A stretch of DNA of 64,000 bases from an uncultured Chloroflexia bacterium (lineage in GTDB: Bacteria; Chloroflexota; Limnocylindria; Limnocylindrales; CSP1-4), in contig CAVVJT010000010.1 in the NCBI GenBank assembly GCA_963748625.1, positions 160,001 to 224,000 on the forward strand, written 5' to 3'. Position 1 is the first letter of the stretch, and each line of letters starts with the position of its first letter. Below are positions 62,683-64,000 of the stretch, piece by piece. A program made the position numbers and the translations under genes. The notes below the pieces were generated by a model. The model saw nothing but the letters and a program-made list of their open reading frames with translations, was not told where the DNA came from and made no database searches.

Positions 62683-63678
62683 CTACCTGGTGGGTGGCGG
62701 CATCCGGATCTCAGCGCCCACCTTGAGGCGCGTGCCCGGGTACTGCGGGTTCCACTGGTAGAGGGTCGCCAGCGAATGGCCGAAGTACTTGCCGATGGAG
62801 AACAGGTTGTCACCCGAGCGGACCACGTAGATCCAGCAGTTGCTCCGATCCGGACACTTGGTGAGCAGCTTGTACCGGTCGCTCCTGGGTTTCGGCGTCG
62901 CCGTGGGCTTGGGCTTGGCGGTCGCCGTCGGCTTGGGCGTGGGCTTCGCGGTGGGGCCGGCCGTCGGTGCGGGCGTGGGGGCCGCGGTGAGCTCGGGCGT
63001 GGCCGTCGCTGCGGGCGTGGGAGCCGGCTCGACGGATGTGCTCGGCTCCGTTGAGACCTCCACCGACGGCCCGGACGTGGGACCCGCGGTCAGCAACGGG
63101 GATTCGGTCATGACGGGCGCCTCGGTGGCCTCCGGCGCTCCCGTCAAGGCCGGCGACGCTGAGGCGACGACGGCCACGCCGGCATCGGTTGCGGCCGGAC
63201 CCACGAGCGGCAGGTCGAGCCCGCCCCGCTGGACCACGTACCCGAGGGAGATCCCCGCCGACAGCACCAGGATGAGCAGCGCGGCGAGGGTGGCCCGCGG
63301 AACGGTCGGTCTCGTCCGGGCGGGCGCCTGCGCAGGCGCCATGGAGCCCCGCTGGTAGCGCGGGCAGTCAACGTGGGTGGCTCGGAGGCAGACCAATTCC
63401 TGCTGGCTCGTGGACTGGGGCCTCGGGGCGCCGATCGCGACGCAGGCCTGGCCCTCCCGCGGCGCCGGCACGGGTGCCACGAGGGCACCTGCAGCTTCCC
63501 CCCGCAGGAACGGGCAGACTCCGTGCACCGGGGAGCGCGCCGCATCGTCGAGGACCGGGAGCGCGGGGTGCGTGCCCGACGGCTGCCCGACGGCGTCGCC
63601 GGGCGCGGGCATCACCGGCCGCTCGCCCGCGAGCGGACCGTCGACCACCGGCTCGTCGTTCAGCGCTGCGTCCTCCAA
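62683..63678 (-). CDS. LysM-domain membrane protein with N-terminal Cys/His cluster and Pro/Thr linker
   Basis: VCPFL..C..C..HVDCPRY, TM helix, PTAKPTPKP repeats, YVVRSGDNLFSIG..WNP LysM; start uncertain. Confidence 0.85.
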   Translation of the reverse strand: MEDAALNDEPVVDGPLAGERPVMPAPGDAVGQPSGTHPALPVLDDAARSPVHGVCPFLRGEAAGALVAPVPAPREGQACVAIGAPRPQSTSQQELVCLRATHVDCPRYQRGSMAPAQAPARTRPTVPRATLAALLILVLSAGISLGYVVQRGGLDLPLVGPAATDAGVAVVASASPALTGAPEATEAPVMTESPLLTAGPTSGPSVEVSTEPSTSVEPAPTPAATATPELTAAPTPAPTAGPTAKPTPKPTATAKPKPTATPKPRSDRYKLLTKCPDRSNCWIYVVRSGDNLFSIGKYFGHSLATLYQWNPQYPGTRLKVGAEIRMPPPTR

Positions 63679-63839
63679 CGTGGCGGGAGTGCCATCCCGC
63701 GCCGGAGTCTAGTACCTCCGGCACCTTGCCCGCGGGGGAAACGGCGGTGTAGGCTGCGCGCCCATCGTGGCATCTCGGGCCACGAGGACGTTACAGTGTC
63801 TCCCGCAATGTCCAACGGGGGACTGAGCACCTGAGGGCA

Positions 63840-64000
63840 ATGGCGCTTCCGCTCGTCGCATACGAACCATCACGCATCCAGGACACCGATCCAGGCCGTC
63901 TCGCTCCCCACCGGATCAAGCGCTGCACGTACCGCCGCCTGATCGCGTTGGATCGCCCGCGGGAGCGTGTCTACGAGGTCGAGTGCCTCTACCCTGACCG
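63840..64000 (+). CDS. Hypothetical protein, runs off window end
   Basis: MALPLVAYEPSRIQDTDPGRLAPHRIKRCTYRRLIALDRPRERVYEVECLYPD; upstream TTGCCC-N18-TAGGCT at 63726-63755. Confidence 0.55.
   Translation, partial: MALPLVAYEPSRIQDTDPGRLAPHRIKRCTYRRLIALDRPRERVYEVECLYPD

Overview
64 kb of very GC-rich bacterial chromosome, almost entirely core or housekeeping DNA. I found no transposase, integrase, prophage or CRISPR array. The lineage is inferred to be Chloroflexota-like (possibly Limnocylindria) from gene style only; this was not tested. Contents from left to right: a partial Ca2+/H+ exchanger; a Dpp/Opp-type ABC transporter whose substrate-binding gene is separated from the permeases by a divergent gcvPA/gcvPB pair and a dimethylglycine-dehydrogenase-like flavoprotein; rsmI; a split (nitrilase + NadE) NAD synthetase; a second Opp operon; an ECF sigma/anti-sigma pair; a canonical gcvT-H-PA-PB operon; acnA, PfpI, MFS and SulP genes; tRNA-Val(CAC); a dcw cluster from mraZ to ftsZ that lacks murE and murC; a two-component module facing glutamate dehydrogenase; and a LysM protein. 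Best leads: (1) two circularly permuted family-5 substrate-binding lipoproteins sharing 8 positionally conserved Cys; (2) a module with a Gre-like factor lacking the acidic tip, a soluble histidine kinase carrying an N-terminal winged-helix-like domain and an OmpR-family regulator, divergent from gdh plus a Cys-rich mini-protein, with two oppositely oriented GTTCAC-N5-GTTCAC boxes between them; (3) a glycine-decarboxylase paralogue with remodelled active-site motifs; (4) the same TGAACC-N16-GGTA ECF-type promoter upstream of the ECF sigma gene and of a small-ORF/nitrilase/nadE/rsmI operon; (5) an ABC ATPase fused to a multi-TM domain. All protein calls come from motif recognition by eye, start codons were chosen manually, and no database search was run.
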